Source: Waddlia chondrophila WSU 86-1044 (GTDB lineage Bacteria > Chlamydiota > Chlamydiia > Chlamydiales > CAMCWV01). Taken from it: 64,000 bases of DNA. Of the stretch, positions 1-9,455 are shown piece by piece (the stretch's first letter is position 1; each line of letters opens with the position of its first letter). The stretch lies in contig CAMCWV010000003.1 in the NCBI GenBank assembly GCA_945882915.1, forward strand, positions 64,785 to 128,784, in the 5' to 3' direction. A program made the position numbers and the translations under genes. Under the pieces are notes generated by a model. That model ran no database searches, was not told the DNA's origin, and saw nothing but the letters and a program-made list of their open reading frames with translations.

Positions 1-333
1 AGCCACCTCTTGACCAGGAAAAAGTTCTTTCCAATAGGTGCTGACATACTTGTCTACTACAGCTTCATCGACTTTTGCTGCTAGATCACCCATGCGTATG
101 TGATAATAGCGGCGGCGATTCATCATGTAGAGGCTTACTGCCAGGAAAATCCCAATAGCAATAAGCGTCCCACCGCTCCAAGCGAGCAGGAGGGTCTCCT
201 CCTCAAGAAACTGAATGATTAGGTTAGAGAACTCCGGCGCCCAAGCAATAAGGATAGCAAGAACCCCTAAAGCTAAAATAAGCAGGGTAAACACCAAGCT
301 GATAATGGAAAAAAGGAGGCGGCCGGCATGCAT
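1..333 (-). CDS. Small membrane protein, partial (C-terminus lies beyond window edge); possibly an AmaP-like Asp23 anchor
   Basis: Not in the ORF track. My own minus-strand translation from ATG 333-331 stays open to nt 1: MHAGRLLFSIISLVFTLLILALGVLAILIAW...GTLIAIGIFLAVSLYMMNRRRYYHIRMG. It has two hydrophobic helices and starts 2 nt after the stop of the Asp23-like gene on the same strand. Confidence 0.5.
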   Translation of the reverse strand, partial: MHAGRLLFSIISLVFTLLILALGVLAILIAWAPEFSNLIIQFLEEETLLLAWSGGTLIAIGIFLAVSLYMMNRRRYYHIRMGDLAAKVDEAVVDKYVSTYWKELFPGQEVA

Positions 334-335
334 GA

Positions 336-815
336 TTAAAACTCATCCTCGTAATCTGCGTCTCTAAGCCCATCTTCCATTGTCACAGGAGCTCCTGAAA
401 CGAATGAGGATTGCTGAGACATCGACTTTGAAGCGTCTCCGGGAATTACATTCTTGAAGATGAGGTGAATAGTAGCAACATGAAGGCCCGTGTAACGGGT
501 CACCTCTTCAATAACTTTTTTCTGTATCTCTTCTGCCTTCTCAGGAATAGAAACCCCGTAACAGACATTCACGGCGATTTTAATTTTGATCGAATGGGTT
601 TTGTTGTCCTGTTCGATCTGGATTCCCTTTACCCGCTCGACGTTTTCCCGCCCCAAGATGGCATCTATAAAATTGCCCTCAATGAGGGCCACGCCATGAA
701 TCTTGCCAAGACAATGGAGAGCAACCGCTTGAAAAACGCGATCCTCAATGTCCCGGCTAAAAACGGTTTCTGGAAGTTCAAATTCTTTAATATCAACTTT
801 TAATGAATCAGACAC
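336..815 (-). CDS. Asp23/Gls24-family (alkaline shock protein-like) protein
   Basis: 159 aa. The pattern VFSRDIEDRVFQAVALHCLGKIHGV...KIKIAVNVCYGVSIPEKAEEIQKKVIEEV is typical of the Asp23 family. Confidence 0.85.
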   Translation of the reverse strand: MSDSLKVDIKEFELPETVFSRDIEDRVFQAVALHCLGKIHGVALIEGNFIDAILGRENVERVKGIQIEQDNKTHSIKIKIAVNVCYGVSIPEKAEEIQKKVIEEVTRYTGLHVATIHLIFKNVIPGDASKSMSQQSSFVSGAPVTMEDGLRDADYEDEF

Positions 816-950
816 GGCAGTTTACCTCTTTAAGATCTGCAGTGTAGAAAGAAAAACCTTTTTTTGGAAGTCCGAAGGTGAAAAAGCAGCAGCTCCCACT
901 AAAAGTTTAGTTTTAACTCTTGAGAGACAGGGCGCTTTTGTCAAGAAAGA

Positions 951-1057
951 TTTGGAGTGCGGCGGCGTAGGCGAGTCTTCTAAACGTTAGCAGGCAAAAG
1001 TGTGGCCGTGACAAGTCCCTGCCACAAAAAGCGGCGCCTACGCCGCCGCACTCCAAA
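951..1057. repeat. PE-C (GGAGTGC-ended) MITE-like element
   Basis: Perfect 23-bp terminal inverted repeat: TTTGGAGTGCGGCGGCGTAGGCG / CGCCTACGCCGCCGCACTCCAAA. Confidence 0.8.
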
Positions 1058-1120
1058 TTTTCGCCGACGTTATAGTCGATTAAATCTCAAATGATAGGCT
1101 CAAACAGCGCCAAAGCTCTC

Positions 1121-1185
1121 GGGATTAAACGATCGCAAGCAGGTCAATAGTAGAAATACAGGCCTGCTTGCGATCGTTTAATCCC
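1121..1185. repeat. Free-standing variant of the PE-A inner hairpin module
   Basis: Perfect 23-bp arms: GGGATTAAACGATCGCAAGCAGG ... CCTGCTTGCGATCGTTTAATCCC. Confidence 0.8.
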
Positions 1186-1704
1186 GCATTAACTATTAGT
1201 AGAAATCGAAGTCTTCACTTGTCGCACTTCGAAGTTAAAAAGGCGTTATTTAAACCGCGGCAGCGGTAATTAAGCTATCAAGCCTGTGTCCGATTAAATT
1301 CGTCTGGAGTTGGTGCAGGTTCGTGATGCCATATGGACCCTGACTGCTTGAGAAGTTACCGTGACTGCTTAAAAATTTCTTCATGCGATTGCCCTGCCAA
1401 AATACCCCTCTGTGAGCGTCAAATCTTTCTTGACAAAATCGCCCTGGTTGAAAGAGCCACTGTTATTTCTTGAATAAAAAAATATTATGAGATATTTGTT
1501 GAGAAATGGCAAGTTGGTGACTCTGATTCAAAGAAGAACATCTCCAGAACGACCCGAGAGCGGGAGCCTCGCAGGCAACTTCCATGCAATGGAAATCAAA
1601 TGGTTAAAAGCCCTTGAGGAGTCGAAAGCCCTAGTAAACTTTCATAGCAAACGGTTATCCTGAAAGCTATTTTGGATAAAGGTTTTAATTAGAGGATAGT
1701 AGAT

Positions 1705-2202
1705 ATGGATCTCAAAGTAAGTCTCATCTGTTGGCTAGTTCTAGGAAGCATCATAGGGTACGTTGCTCACAAGCGCGGAAAGAACCCCTACCTATGGTTT
1801 GGCCTTGGAATGTTCCTGGGAATTTTTGGGTTTGTCTTGTTGCTTATTCGAACCAGAAAGTCAGCTACTGCCGCAAATGAAGCGCAAGCCACTCCTGCAG
1901 CACAGCCCTCAAGCGCCACCTTACAACCAGAGGCAGCCCCAATTGAAGCCAAAAACGCCCTAAGCGCTCCTTTGCCAGACCCTCTAAAAGACCAGCTAAA
2001 AGACCCTGTAGGGTCTTCCTGGCATTATCTTGATGCCACGAACAAGCAACAAGGCCCTATTGGCTTTCGCTTTCTAAAACTTTTATGGGATGAAAAAAAC
2101 GTCACCCACTCCACATACGTGTGGACGGAAGGCATGCCAGAATGGAAAAAGATCCAGCAACTCCCGACTACCCTGACCTCTCTTTCAGACGGGGCTGTCT
2201 AG
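1705..2202 (+). CDS. Membrane protein with C-terminal GYF_2 (DUF4339)-like domain
   Basis: 165 aa with two N-terminal hydrophobic segments and a Pro/Ala-rich linker. The C-terminus WHYLD..GPIGFRFLKLLWDEKNVTHSTYVWTEGMPEWKKIQQLP resembles GYF_2. Confidence 0.6.
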   Translation: MDLKVSLICWLVLGSIIGYVAHKRGKNPYLWFGLGMFLGIFGFVLLLIRTRKSATAANEAQATPAAQPSSATLQPEAAPIEAKNALSAPLPDPLKDQLKDPVGSSWHYLDATNKQQGPIGFRFLKLLWDEKNVTHSTYVWTEGMPEWKKIQQLPTTLTSLSDGAV

Positions 2203-2209
2203 GAAATCA

Positions 2210-2256
2210 TATACTCCTCTTAGCTGAAAACGGAAATTTGGGCTAAGAGGAGCACG
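2210..2256. repeat. PE-A palindromic element, mini form
   Basis: TATACTCCTCTTAGCTGAAAACGGAAATTTGGGCTAAGAGGAGCAC. Begins 8 nt after the stop of the GYF_2 gene. Confidence 0.7.
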
Positions 2257-2332
2257 TAATGTAAAAACATACTAATGGTTGCCCGGCAGACTCAATTGGC
2301 AACTGCTTGTTTTAAAGTATTTCGATCTGTCT

Positions 2333-3076
2333 TTAGTGGGCGGCTTCGAGGTGCCAGTGTGTCGCAAGGCTTAGCGCAACAAGAGAAGCTGTGTCGGTGC
2401 GAAGAATGTTTTCATGGAGCTTAACCCCATATGCTTTGAGCTTCAGAAGCTTTGCTTCTTCTTGCTCTGTAAATCCACTTTCAGGACCCACAAAAAAGCA
2501 CATTCCCTTTGAAGGGGGATTTTGATGCCATGCTTCTGAGAAAAGAGGCGCTTTTGGCTTAATATCTCCAAAAAACGCAGCACAACTAGGTACCAAGTCA
2601 GGTTCAGTCCATTTTTCTAAAAGAGGCTTAAAGATAATCATAGGTAAGTGAAGCCTTCCACACTGTTTCATTGCTGCAATTGCCACGCTTCTTAAGCGGG
2701 CGTGTTGAGAAGCAACTAAATCCCTCTCACTCAACTTGCCAGGAAACATCCAAAGCTGGGTGATCCCAAGTTCCGTTCCCTTTTCGACAATGAAATCCAA
2801 TCGATTAAACCGAGGAACGGCCTGGGCAAGGATAACCTCAAATGAAGGCTTTGGCTCACTTTTAAGTGCATTAATTACCAGCTGCGCTTCGTGCTTTTTG
2901 ACCTGAGCAAAAACAGCCCGAGCCAGCTGCCCCTGCCCATTTACAAGCTCGATACCATCCCCTACTTTAAGGCGCATCACGCGGACTGCGTGGTGGAACT
3001 CTTGCTCCTCCAATAAAACATGGTCCCCTAAAGCAAAAAACTGGTCACAAAAAAAACGTTCAGCCGGCATGCGCAA
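2333..3076 (-). CDS. rsmE: 16S rRNA (uracil1498-N3)-methyltransferase RsmE
   Basis: 247 aa. Has the PUA-like N-terminus (EFHHAVRVMRLKVGDGIELVNGQG) and the SPOUT C-terminus FFVGPESGFTEQEE..ILRTDTA. Confidence 0.85.
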   Translation of the reverse strand: MRMPAERFFCDQFFALGDHVLLEEQEFHHAVRVMRLKVGDGIELVNGQGQLARAVFAQVKKHEAQLVINALKSEPKPSFEVILAQAVPRFNRLDFIVEKGTELGITQLWMFPGKLSERDLVASQHARLRSVAIAAMKQCGRLHLPMIIFKPLLEKWTEPDLVPSCAAFFGDIKPKAPLFSEAWHQNPPSKGMCFFVGPESGFTEQEEAKLLKLKAYGVKLHENILRTDTASLVALSLATHWHLEAAH

Positions 3077-3095
3077 CTCTCACTACTCTTCTTCT

Positions 3096-4862
3096 TTATT
3101 CTTCCTCAATAATGCCCTTAAAGACAAGTGCACGCGCAGGGTCCATCGTCACTAGCTGCGCTTCCTTAATCATCTTACAAGCAGCATCCGCACGCACAAT
3201 CAAAGACTTATAGAGCGTTTTGGCAACAGAAAGGGCCCTCTTTTCTGAATCGCTATCTTCCAGGCGGTTTTGTAGAATGATCCCCACACAGTGGCGGACA
3301 AAAGGAATGTAGGCATCATCAAAGCGAGTAGTCACCAAAATCTTTCCCTCAACTGATGCAGGATCCATTTTTTCTGGAGAGAGGACAAGCGTTACAGGGG
3401 CATGAATGCATTCTCCGTATCCTGTAAAGCCCCGCACAAGCACATCTCCAATACTTTCGACAATAATCGTATTTGTCGTGCCCGATTCACCAAAAGGAGA
3501 GCCCGCTACAAACACAACAAGGTCTCCGTAGTGAACGTATCCTCTTTTTAACGAAAATTCACTGATTCTATCGTAGGCCTCATTCATCGAATGGCATCCT
3601 TCGCAAAAGAAAGGAATCACCCCCCAAATAAGAGAGAGTTGGTGGTAAACTTTCTTGTCTGAGGTAAGTGCAATGATCGACATCTTTGGCCGCAGCCTCG
3701 CAAGAAGGGCCGCAGTGACACCGTGACTTGTGCAAGCAAAAATTGCTTTAGCATTTGAAGTGTTTGCTGTTTTAACAGCAGCCAAAGTAACCGAAGAGGC
3801 AACATCGTTATAGACGCGCTGTGAATGGCGGAAGAACAGCTCTGGGTAGTCAAGATCCTTTTCAGCTTCTGAGATGATACTTCTCATCACCTGCACCGTC
3901 TCGCAAGGGTACTTCCCTACTGCAGTTTCTGCAGAGAGCATTACAGCTGAGGTGCTGTCGTAGATCGCATTTGCAACATCCGAAGCCTCCGCACGCGTAG
4001 GACGGGGATTTTGAATCATAGATTCAAGCATCTGTGTCGCTGTCACAACCGGCTTCCCAGCAAGGCAACACTGCCGGATCATCATCTTTTGTAAGCGGGG
4101 CACCTGGCTTAAGGGAAGCTCAACGCCCAAATCCCCTCTGGCCACCATAATCCCATCTGACACCTGCAAAATAGAATCAAAATGCTCAACACCCTGCTTA
4201 TTTTCAATTTTGGCAATAATCAAGATGTCAGGTCTAGAAGCTTCGTTAATCAGCTTCTTAATAGCCAGAACATCCTCGGGACAGCGAATAAATGAAGCGG
4301 CGATAATATCAATGTCGTTATCACAGCCAAAGCGGATGTCGGCAATGTCTTGTTCAGTAAGCGCGGGCAGGTCAACAGCAACATCAGGAACGTTAACCCC
4401 TCCTTTTGATTTCAAAATCCCTTTGTTGTCGATCTCAATGACAACCCCATCAGAGACCACTTTTACGACGTGTGCAGAGACGTAACCATCATTAAAAAGG
4501 ATGACAGTCCCTTCATGAAGTTTTTCTAAAATGATTGCTGGATTGATCGAAACAGCCTTTTTGTCACCCTCAATCACTTTACTGGTAAGAAGGATCTGAT
4601 GCCCTACTTCAACCTCTACACTCCCATTTTTGACCTCACCAAGGCGAATTTCAGGGCCCTTAGTATCGAGCATGATCGCCATAGGCGTTTGAAGCTGATC
4701 ACGGGCTTTTTTGATCTTGTTAATGACGTCAATATGTTCTTCATGACTTCCGTGACTGAAGTTCAATCGAGCGATGTTCATACCTGCATTAATTAGGTCG
4801 ATAATCCCTTCATAAGAGCTAACGGCCGGGCCTATCGTGCAAATAATTTTTGTCTTTGTCAT
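3096..4862 (-). CDS. pyk: Pyruvate kinase with Bacillus-type C-terminal PEP-utilizer-like extension
   Basis: 588 aa. Motifs: TKIICTIGPA, NIARLNFSHGSHEEH, MVARGDLGVE. About 110 extra C-terminal residues resemble the mobile domain of PEP-utilizing enzymes. Confidence 0.95.
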   Translation of the reverse strand: MTKTKIICTIGPAVSSYEGIIDLINAGMNIARLNFSHGSHEEHIDVINKIKKARDQLQTPMAIMLDTKGPEIRLGEVKNGSVEVEVGHQILLTSKVIEGDKKAVSINPAIILEKLHEGTVILFNDGYVSAHVVKVVSDGVVIEIDNKGILKSKGGVNVPDVAVDLPALTEQDIADIRFGCDNDIDIIAASFIRCPEDVLAIKKLINEASRPDILIIAKIENKQGVEHFDSILQVSDGIMVARGDLGVELPLSQVPRLQKMMIRQCCLAGKPVVTATQMLESMIQNPRPTRAEASDVANAIYDSTSAVMLSAETAVGKYPCETVQVMRSIISEAEKDLDYPELFFRHSQRVYNDVASSVTLAAVKTANTSNAKAIFACTSHGVTAALLARLRPKMSIIALTSDKKVYHQLSLIWGVIPFFCEGCHSMNEAYDRISEFSLKRGYVHYGDLVVFVAGSPFGESGTTNTIIVESIGDVLVRGFTGYGECIHAPVTLVLSPEKMDPASVEGKILVTTRFDDAYIPFVRHCVGIILQNRLEDSDSEKRALSVAKTLYKSLIVRADAACKMIKEAQLVTMDPARALVFKGIIEEE

Positions 4863-4969
4863 TTAATACCACCCCTTACAGATCTATACTCCTCGTGCTT
4901 GACAGCGTTTAGCTTACCGCCCGCTTAAGGAACGAGCGTTAGCGAATTAAGGAACGAGCGGTAGCGTTG

Positions 4970-5116
4970 CTCTTTGGAGTGCTGGGACAAGTCCAACGCT
5001 TTGTTAGGACTCGACCTGTCTAGTCCACTGACCCTTAGCAAGCGAACGTGTGTGTCTGGCCCTCGACATGTCGAGGGCTGGTGAAAGCGTTGGACATATC
5101 CCTGCACTCCAAAGAG
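4970..5116. repeat. PE-C (GGAGTGC-ended) MITE-like element
   Basis: About 33-bp TIRs (CTCTTTGGAGTGCTGGGACAAGTCCAACGCTTT / AAAGCGTTGGACATATCCCTGCACTCCAAAGAG). An internal perfect hairpin GGCCCTCGACATGTCGAGGGC is present. Confidence 0.8.
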
Positions 5117-5204
5117 TTCGCTTCGCTCACTCCCTAAACCCCACTGAGTTAAACGTTATCTGCCAGCTCTATTTTTTAAAGTAAGAGTCCCAGCGCTCTA
5201 TTTA

Positions 5205-5274
5205 TATACTCCTCGTAGCTGAAAATGGGGCTTTGGCGCCGTCCAAGTTCCCATTTTCAGCTGCGAGGAATATA
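5205..5274. repeat. PE-A palindromic element, short form
   Basis: TATACTCCTCGTAGCTGAAAATGGGG...CCCATTTTCAGCTGCGAGGAATATA. Confidence 0.85.
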
Positions 5275-5407
5275 TTAACCATCACCTTAGCACTCCATAT
5301 TTTAAATAGCCAGATGACCGGATGGAAGACCGGAAAGTGGATCGCGCACGGGCACGATTTCCAACCACATTTTTTTTTACTACCCTCATCTCGTGCGTAA
5401 CAGAAAA

Positions 5408-5435
5408 TTGACAATTACAAAAACGTGTATATACT
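5408..5435 (+). promoter_or_regulatory. Candidate sigma66 promoter for cydAB: TTGACA, 16 nt, TATACT
   Basis: TTGACA at 5408-5413. TATACT at 5430-5435 is the first 6 nt of a PE-A element. The cydA ATG is at 5536. Confidence 0.35.
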
Positions 5436-5499
5436 CCTATGGGCTGAAAACGGGAATTTAGAGGGCACCAAAGCCCCGTTTTCAGCTCAGAGGAGTATA
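5430..5499. repeat. PE-A palindromic element, short form (degenerate left arm)
   Basis: TATACTCCTATGGGCTGAAAACGGGAATTT...CCCGTTTTCAGCTCAGAGGAGTATA. Lies 37 nt upstream of cydA. Confidence 0.85.
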
Positions 5500-5535
5500 T
5501 TTTAGCGCTACGGGTGACTTTAGGAGGTTTTTGAT

Positions 5536-6942
5536 ATGAACGTTGAGGTCCTGTCACGCATTCAGTTTGGGCTAACAAGTGGATTTCACTTCATCTTCCC
5601 CCCCTTGAATATAGGACTTGGCCTCTGCATGGTCATTATTGAGGCAATCTCGCTTACAACCAAAGCGCCCATTTATCAAAAAATGGCGAAGTACTGGACG
5701 CGCGTCTTTGCCCTTATTTTCTCTCTAGGTGTTGCTACAGGCCTCGTTCAACTTTTTGGATTTGGAACAAACTGGGCTAGCTATTCCCGTTACGTCGGAG
5801 ATGTCTTTGGCAGTGCCCTAGGGGCAGAAGGGATCTTTGCGTTCTTCTTAGAATCGGGGTTTCTTGCAATCTTACTTTTTGGTTGGGATCGGGTTTCTCC
5901 AAAGCTTCACTTCTTCTCAACCCTTATGGTGGCCTTAGGGGCCCACTTCAGCGCCCTTTGGATCTTAGCTGCTAACTCCTGGATGCAAACACCTATTGGC
6001 CACAAAGTTGTTGGCACTGGCGAAAATGCACGCGCCGTAGTAACCAACTTTTGGGAAATGGCCTTCAATCTTTCGACTATTGACCGGATTGCTCACACAG
6101 TCGTCGCTTGCTGGATAACAGGCGCTTTTCTTGTTGTTAGCATCAGCGCTTATTACCTTCTCAAAAAGCAGCACCTTGAATTTGCCAGAGCTTCAATGCG
6201 CATCGGCTTAATCGTTGCCGGCGTTGCCATCATTTTACAACTCATTACCGGTGACATGTCGGCTAAAGGGGTTGCAAAGAACCAACCCATTAAGCTTGCC
6301 GCCTTCGAAGGGGTTTTTAATACAACCGACAAGCCGACACCTCTATACGCATTTGGATATGTCGATACAGAAACCGAAACAGTAACAGGCCTAGCTATCC
6401 CTGCAGGACTAAGTTTCCTCGTCCATGGGAACTTCACAACTCCTGTATCTGGCCTTGACAAGGTTCCTGAAGGGTGGTCTGCAAAAGACCGGCCAAACGT
6501 AGCTGTTGTATTTCAGACCTACCACCTCATGATTGGAATGTGGGCTCTCATGTTTGTAAGCCTTTTGGTTGCAACTTTCCTCTGGAAAAGAAACACCCTA
6601 GAAACGAGTAAATGGACACTCAGAATCCTTATTCTTAGCGTGGTCTTTCCCCAAATAGCGAATCTTGCCGGATGGATGTCTGCAGAAATGGGACGTCAAC
6701 CTTGGATAGTGTACGGCCTGCTTCGGACATCTCAGGGCCTTTCAAAAAACATTGTCGCCTCCCAAGTTCTTGGGTCGCTCATCATGTTCATTATTATTTA
6801 TACGACCCTATTCGTGATGTTTCTCTATCTGCTACACAGCAAAATCAAAGAAGGGCCCGAAGCGCTTACAACTGCAGAGACAGCGCGCAACTACTTTGAC
6901 GAAAAGAAAAGAAAACATCGCAAAAGCAACACACAAAAATAA
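5536..6942 (+). CDS. cydA: Cytochrome bd ubiquinol oxidase subunit I
   Basis: 468 aa polytopic protein. Motifs: [21 protein letters not shown]-loop region, [12 protein letters not shown]. Confidence 0.95.
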   Translation: MNVEVLSRIQFGLTSGFHFIFPPLNIGLGLCMVIIEAISLTTKAPIYQKMAKYWTRVFALIFSLGVATGLVQLFGFGTNWASYSRYVGDVFGSALGAEGIFAFFLESGFLAILLFGWDRVSPKLHFFSTLMVALGAHFSALWILAANSWMQTPIGHKVVGTGENARAVVTNFWEMAFNLSTIDRIAHTVVACWITGAFLVVSISAYYLLKKQHLEFARASMRIGLIVAGVAIILQLITGDMSAKGVAKNQPIKLAAFEGVFNTTDKPTPLYAFGYVDTETETVTGLAIPAGLSFLVHGNFTTPVSGLDKVPEGWSAKDRPNVAVVFQTYHLMIGMWALMFVSLLVATFLWKRNTLETSKWTLRILILSVVFPQIANLAGWMSAEMGRQPWIVYGLLRTSQGLSKNIVASQVLGSLIMFIIIYTTLFVMFLYLLHSKIKEGPEALTTAETARNYFDEKKRKHRKSNTQK

Positions 6943-6966
6943 TACCCAAAAGCAACTGGAGAGCAT

Positions 6967-7995
6967 ATGTTGGAATGGCCGCTAGAAATCATGTTCTACA
7001 TGGTAATCATCACCTGCATGATCGGCTATGCCGTACTAGACGGATTTGACCTGGGCGTGGGGATCCTCCTGCTTGTTGCTCGCAAAGACCAAGAGCGGCG
7101 GATCTTATTAAACGCAATCGGCCCTGTATGGGACGGAAATGCCGTATGGTTAATTATTGTAATAGGTTCCCTATTTGCAGGATTTCCAAACGTCTATGCA
7201 ACGGTCTTTTCAGCGTTTTATATTCCCTCCATGCTAATGCTCTGCGCGCTCATCTTCCGGGCTGTTGCAATTGAAGTGCGCAGTAAAAAGCAGATGCGCT
7301 GGTGGCGCTCTTTGTGGGATTGTGTTTTTTCCTTTTCTAGCCTAATGATTGCCCTTGGCGTAGGGATGGCTATCGGGAATTTCGTTGAAGGGATCCCCTT
7401 AGACGAGAACTTCAACTTTAATGGCGGTATATGGGACCTGCTCTCTCTCTATTCCGTTCTTATGGGGGTTGTAACTGTTGCCTTATTCACTATGCATGGC
7501 GCCATCTACCTCGTTATGAAAACTGAAGGGGATCTGCATGACCGAATTAGAAACTGGGCGCGCCGCAGCGTTATTTTCTTTCTCATGACCTATTGGGCAG
7601 CAACGATAATTACTCTTATCTACTTCCCTCACATGGTCGAGCAACTTAAAGAGCGCCCCGGCCTCTTTGTTGTTGGCTTACTTGCCATGTTCGCCATTGC
7701 CAACATTCCTAGGGAGCTTTCTCTTGGCCATGACGGCAGAGCGTTCATCTCTTCATGTGTCACGATTGCCTCCCTTTTGGCCCTCTACAGCCTGGGGTCG
7801 TTCCCTGAGCTTCTGCGCTCAAGCATTAACCCCGCCCACAACAGCCTAACTATCTACAACTCATCGTCAAGCAAACTCACTCTAACAGTCCTGGGGATCA
7901 TCGTAGCCATAGGGGTGCCTTTGGTGATTGGCTATGGCATTGTTATTTATCGGGTGTTTAGAGGAAAAGTAAGGCTCGACTCCATGAGCTACTAG
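6967..7995 (+). CDS. cydB: Cytochrome bd ubiquinol oxidase subunit II
   Basis: 342 aa. Motifs YAVLDGFDLGVGIL and GPVWDGNAVWLI. Lies 24 nt downstream of cydA. Confidence 0.9.
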   Translation: MLEWPLEIMFYMVIITCMIGYAVLDGFDLGVGILLLVARKDQERRILLNAIGPVWDGNAVWLIIVIGSLFAGFPNVYATVFSAFYIPSMLMLCALIFRAVAIEVRSKKQMRWWRSLWDCVFSFSSLMIALGVGMAIGNFVEGIPLDENFNFNGGIWDLLSLYSVLMGVVTVALFTMHGAIYLVMKTEGDLHDRIRNWARRSVIFFLMTYWAATIITLIYFPHMVEQLKERPGLFVVGLLAMFAIANIPRELSLGHDGRAFISSCVTIASLLALYSLGSFPELLRSSINPAHNSLTIYNSSSSKLTLTVLGIIVAIGVPLVIGYGIVIYRVFRGKVRLDSMSY

Positions 7996-8139
7996 AGCGC
8001 GAAGATTTTCACCCCAGATTGAGCAGTTTGCAGAAATAAAATTCTGATTTATAGTGACCCTCCATGAATTTTGCAAGAGGGAGGGGCCGGAATGCAGCAG
8101 CTCCCACAAAAAGTTTATTTTTAACCAGTGAGAGATAGA

Positions 8140-8300
8140 GCGATTTTATCAAGAAAGATTTGACGCTTATAGGGGGGTGTTTTGGCAGCCTTACGATTGA
8201 AGTGGCATTGCCCGCTTTCCTCCCTCTCTGTGCTCTCTGTGTTCTCTGTGTTTCAAAAATATTAATACCAGCTTTTTTTAACCACAGAGGCGTGAGAGAA
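8140..8300. repeat. ~160-bp mosaic repeat, copy 1 (inverted relative to 23265-23414)
   Basis: The reverse complement aligns by eye with 23265-23414 along its whole length, with few mismatches or indels. Confidence 0.85.
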
Positions 8301-8454
8301 CACAGGGAAAATACAAAAAAAGAATAGTCAGGTGATGAAAAAATCTATCGCCTAGATCTTGAACCTGCTCCAACCTATTGACAGCATAGTCTCAACGCGA
8401 ATTGCTCAATCCGGGTTTCACCACAGAGGCGTGAAAGTCTTTATTTTTTGTTGT

Positions 8455-9408
8455 TTAGGTTTTGATGGCGACGCCAGCGAGACGGAGCTCTTCACGGTGG
8501 AAGAGGTAGAGACCAGAGAACAGAACAGAAAGGGCTATCCAGGATTGCCAAGGAATGATCTCTCCGAGGAAGATCCATCCGAAAAACGCGGCAAAGATAG
8601 GCGTAGAAAAGCCCGCAAAAGACAAGAATGTTGCAGTATATTTCTTCAGTAAGAAGCCATAGAGGTTGTAGCAAGCGAAGTTAGAAATGATAATCATCGC
8701 AAGCGCTGTTGCCAAGAAAGGGCCCATATCAAAAACAGGCGACGCATCCCACTCCCCTACTACAGCTGAATGACCAAGGGTCATGATTCCCCCAGCTAAC
8801 ATACTAAAGCCGTTAACTGTGATAAAACCCATCCCCTTTGATTTGACGAGCTGACGCAAGAGGATCCATCCATAAACAGAACTAACTGCGGCTACAAGCA
8901 CAGCAATTTCTGGCCATGACAAAAAGAAGAACGTTCCGGCTGTCTCTTCAGCTTTTGTTTCGGTCAGTAGAATGGGAAGAAGACCAACACAGCCGATAAC
9001 AAGACCCACCCACTTGAGGCGTGTCATCTTCTCTGAAAGAATCCAGTAAGAAAGAAGGGCTGCTGCAAAGGGAGAAACGCTGTAAATAAAGCAGGCTTTT
9101 GAAGAAGTTAGGAACTGAAGGCCCCAGAATTCGCAGGCATTACAGACGTAAATGTTAAAAAACGCCAATAAAAAGAGCTGTTTAAAGCACGATTTGTCAA
9201 AAACAAGAGATTTACGATCTTTAAAGAATTGGTAGGCTAATAAAACAGCTCCCGCCACAGCAAAGCGCGAACCCACGATAAAGAAGGGCTGAGCGTAGTT
9301 TAGCGACATTTTTCCGAAAGTAAAAATGCTCGCAAAAAGGGCGTAAAGCAAAAAGACAAAGAACATAAATTGACAACCTGCTAAATAAAACTGCTCTATT
9401 GTCTCCAA
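8455..9408 (-). CDS. EamA/DMT-superfamily transporter
   Basis: 317 aa with about 10 hydrophobic helices arranged as a duplicated EamA-like unit. Confidence 0.8.
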   Translation of the reverse strand: METIEQFYLAGCQFMFFVFLLYALFASIFTFGKMSLNYAQPFFIVGSRFAVAGAVLLAYQFFKDRKSLVFDKSCFKQLFLLAFFNIYVCNACEFWGLQFLTSSKACFIYSVSPFAAALLSYWILSEKMTRLKWVGLVIGCVGLLPILLTETKAEETAGTFFFLSWPEIAVLVAAVSSVYGWILLRQLVKSKGMGFITVNGFSMLAGGIMTLGHSAVVGEWDASPVFDMGPFLATALAMIIISNFACYNLYGFLLKKYTATFLSFAGFSTPIFAAFFGWIFLGEIIPWQSWIALSVLFSGLYLFHREELRLAGVAIKT

Positions 9409-9455
9409 GATGGAGGCTTCCAGTCAATGATTACTTTGACAGGGAACCTAAATAA

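Noticed and set aside
4925-5578. Track ORFs 4925-5107, 5202-5414 and 5282-5578 (minus strand) upstream of cydA
   Set aside because: They are made of PE-C/PE-A repeat sequence (peptides such as [16 protein letters not shown] recur wherever PE-A is translated). They are not genes.
8359-8652. 97-aa plus-strand ORF overlapping the EamA transporter 3' end
   Set aside because: It starts in mosaic repeat DNA, continues antisense to a well-supported membrane transporter gene, and is charged and low-complexity.
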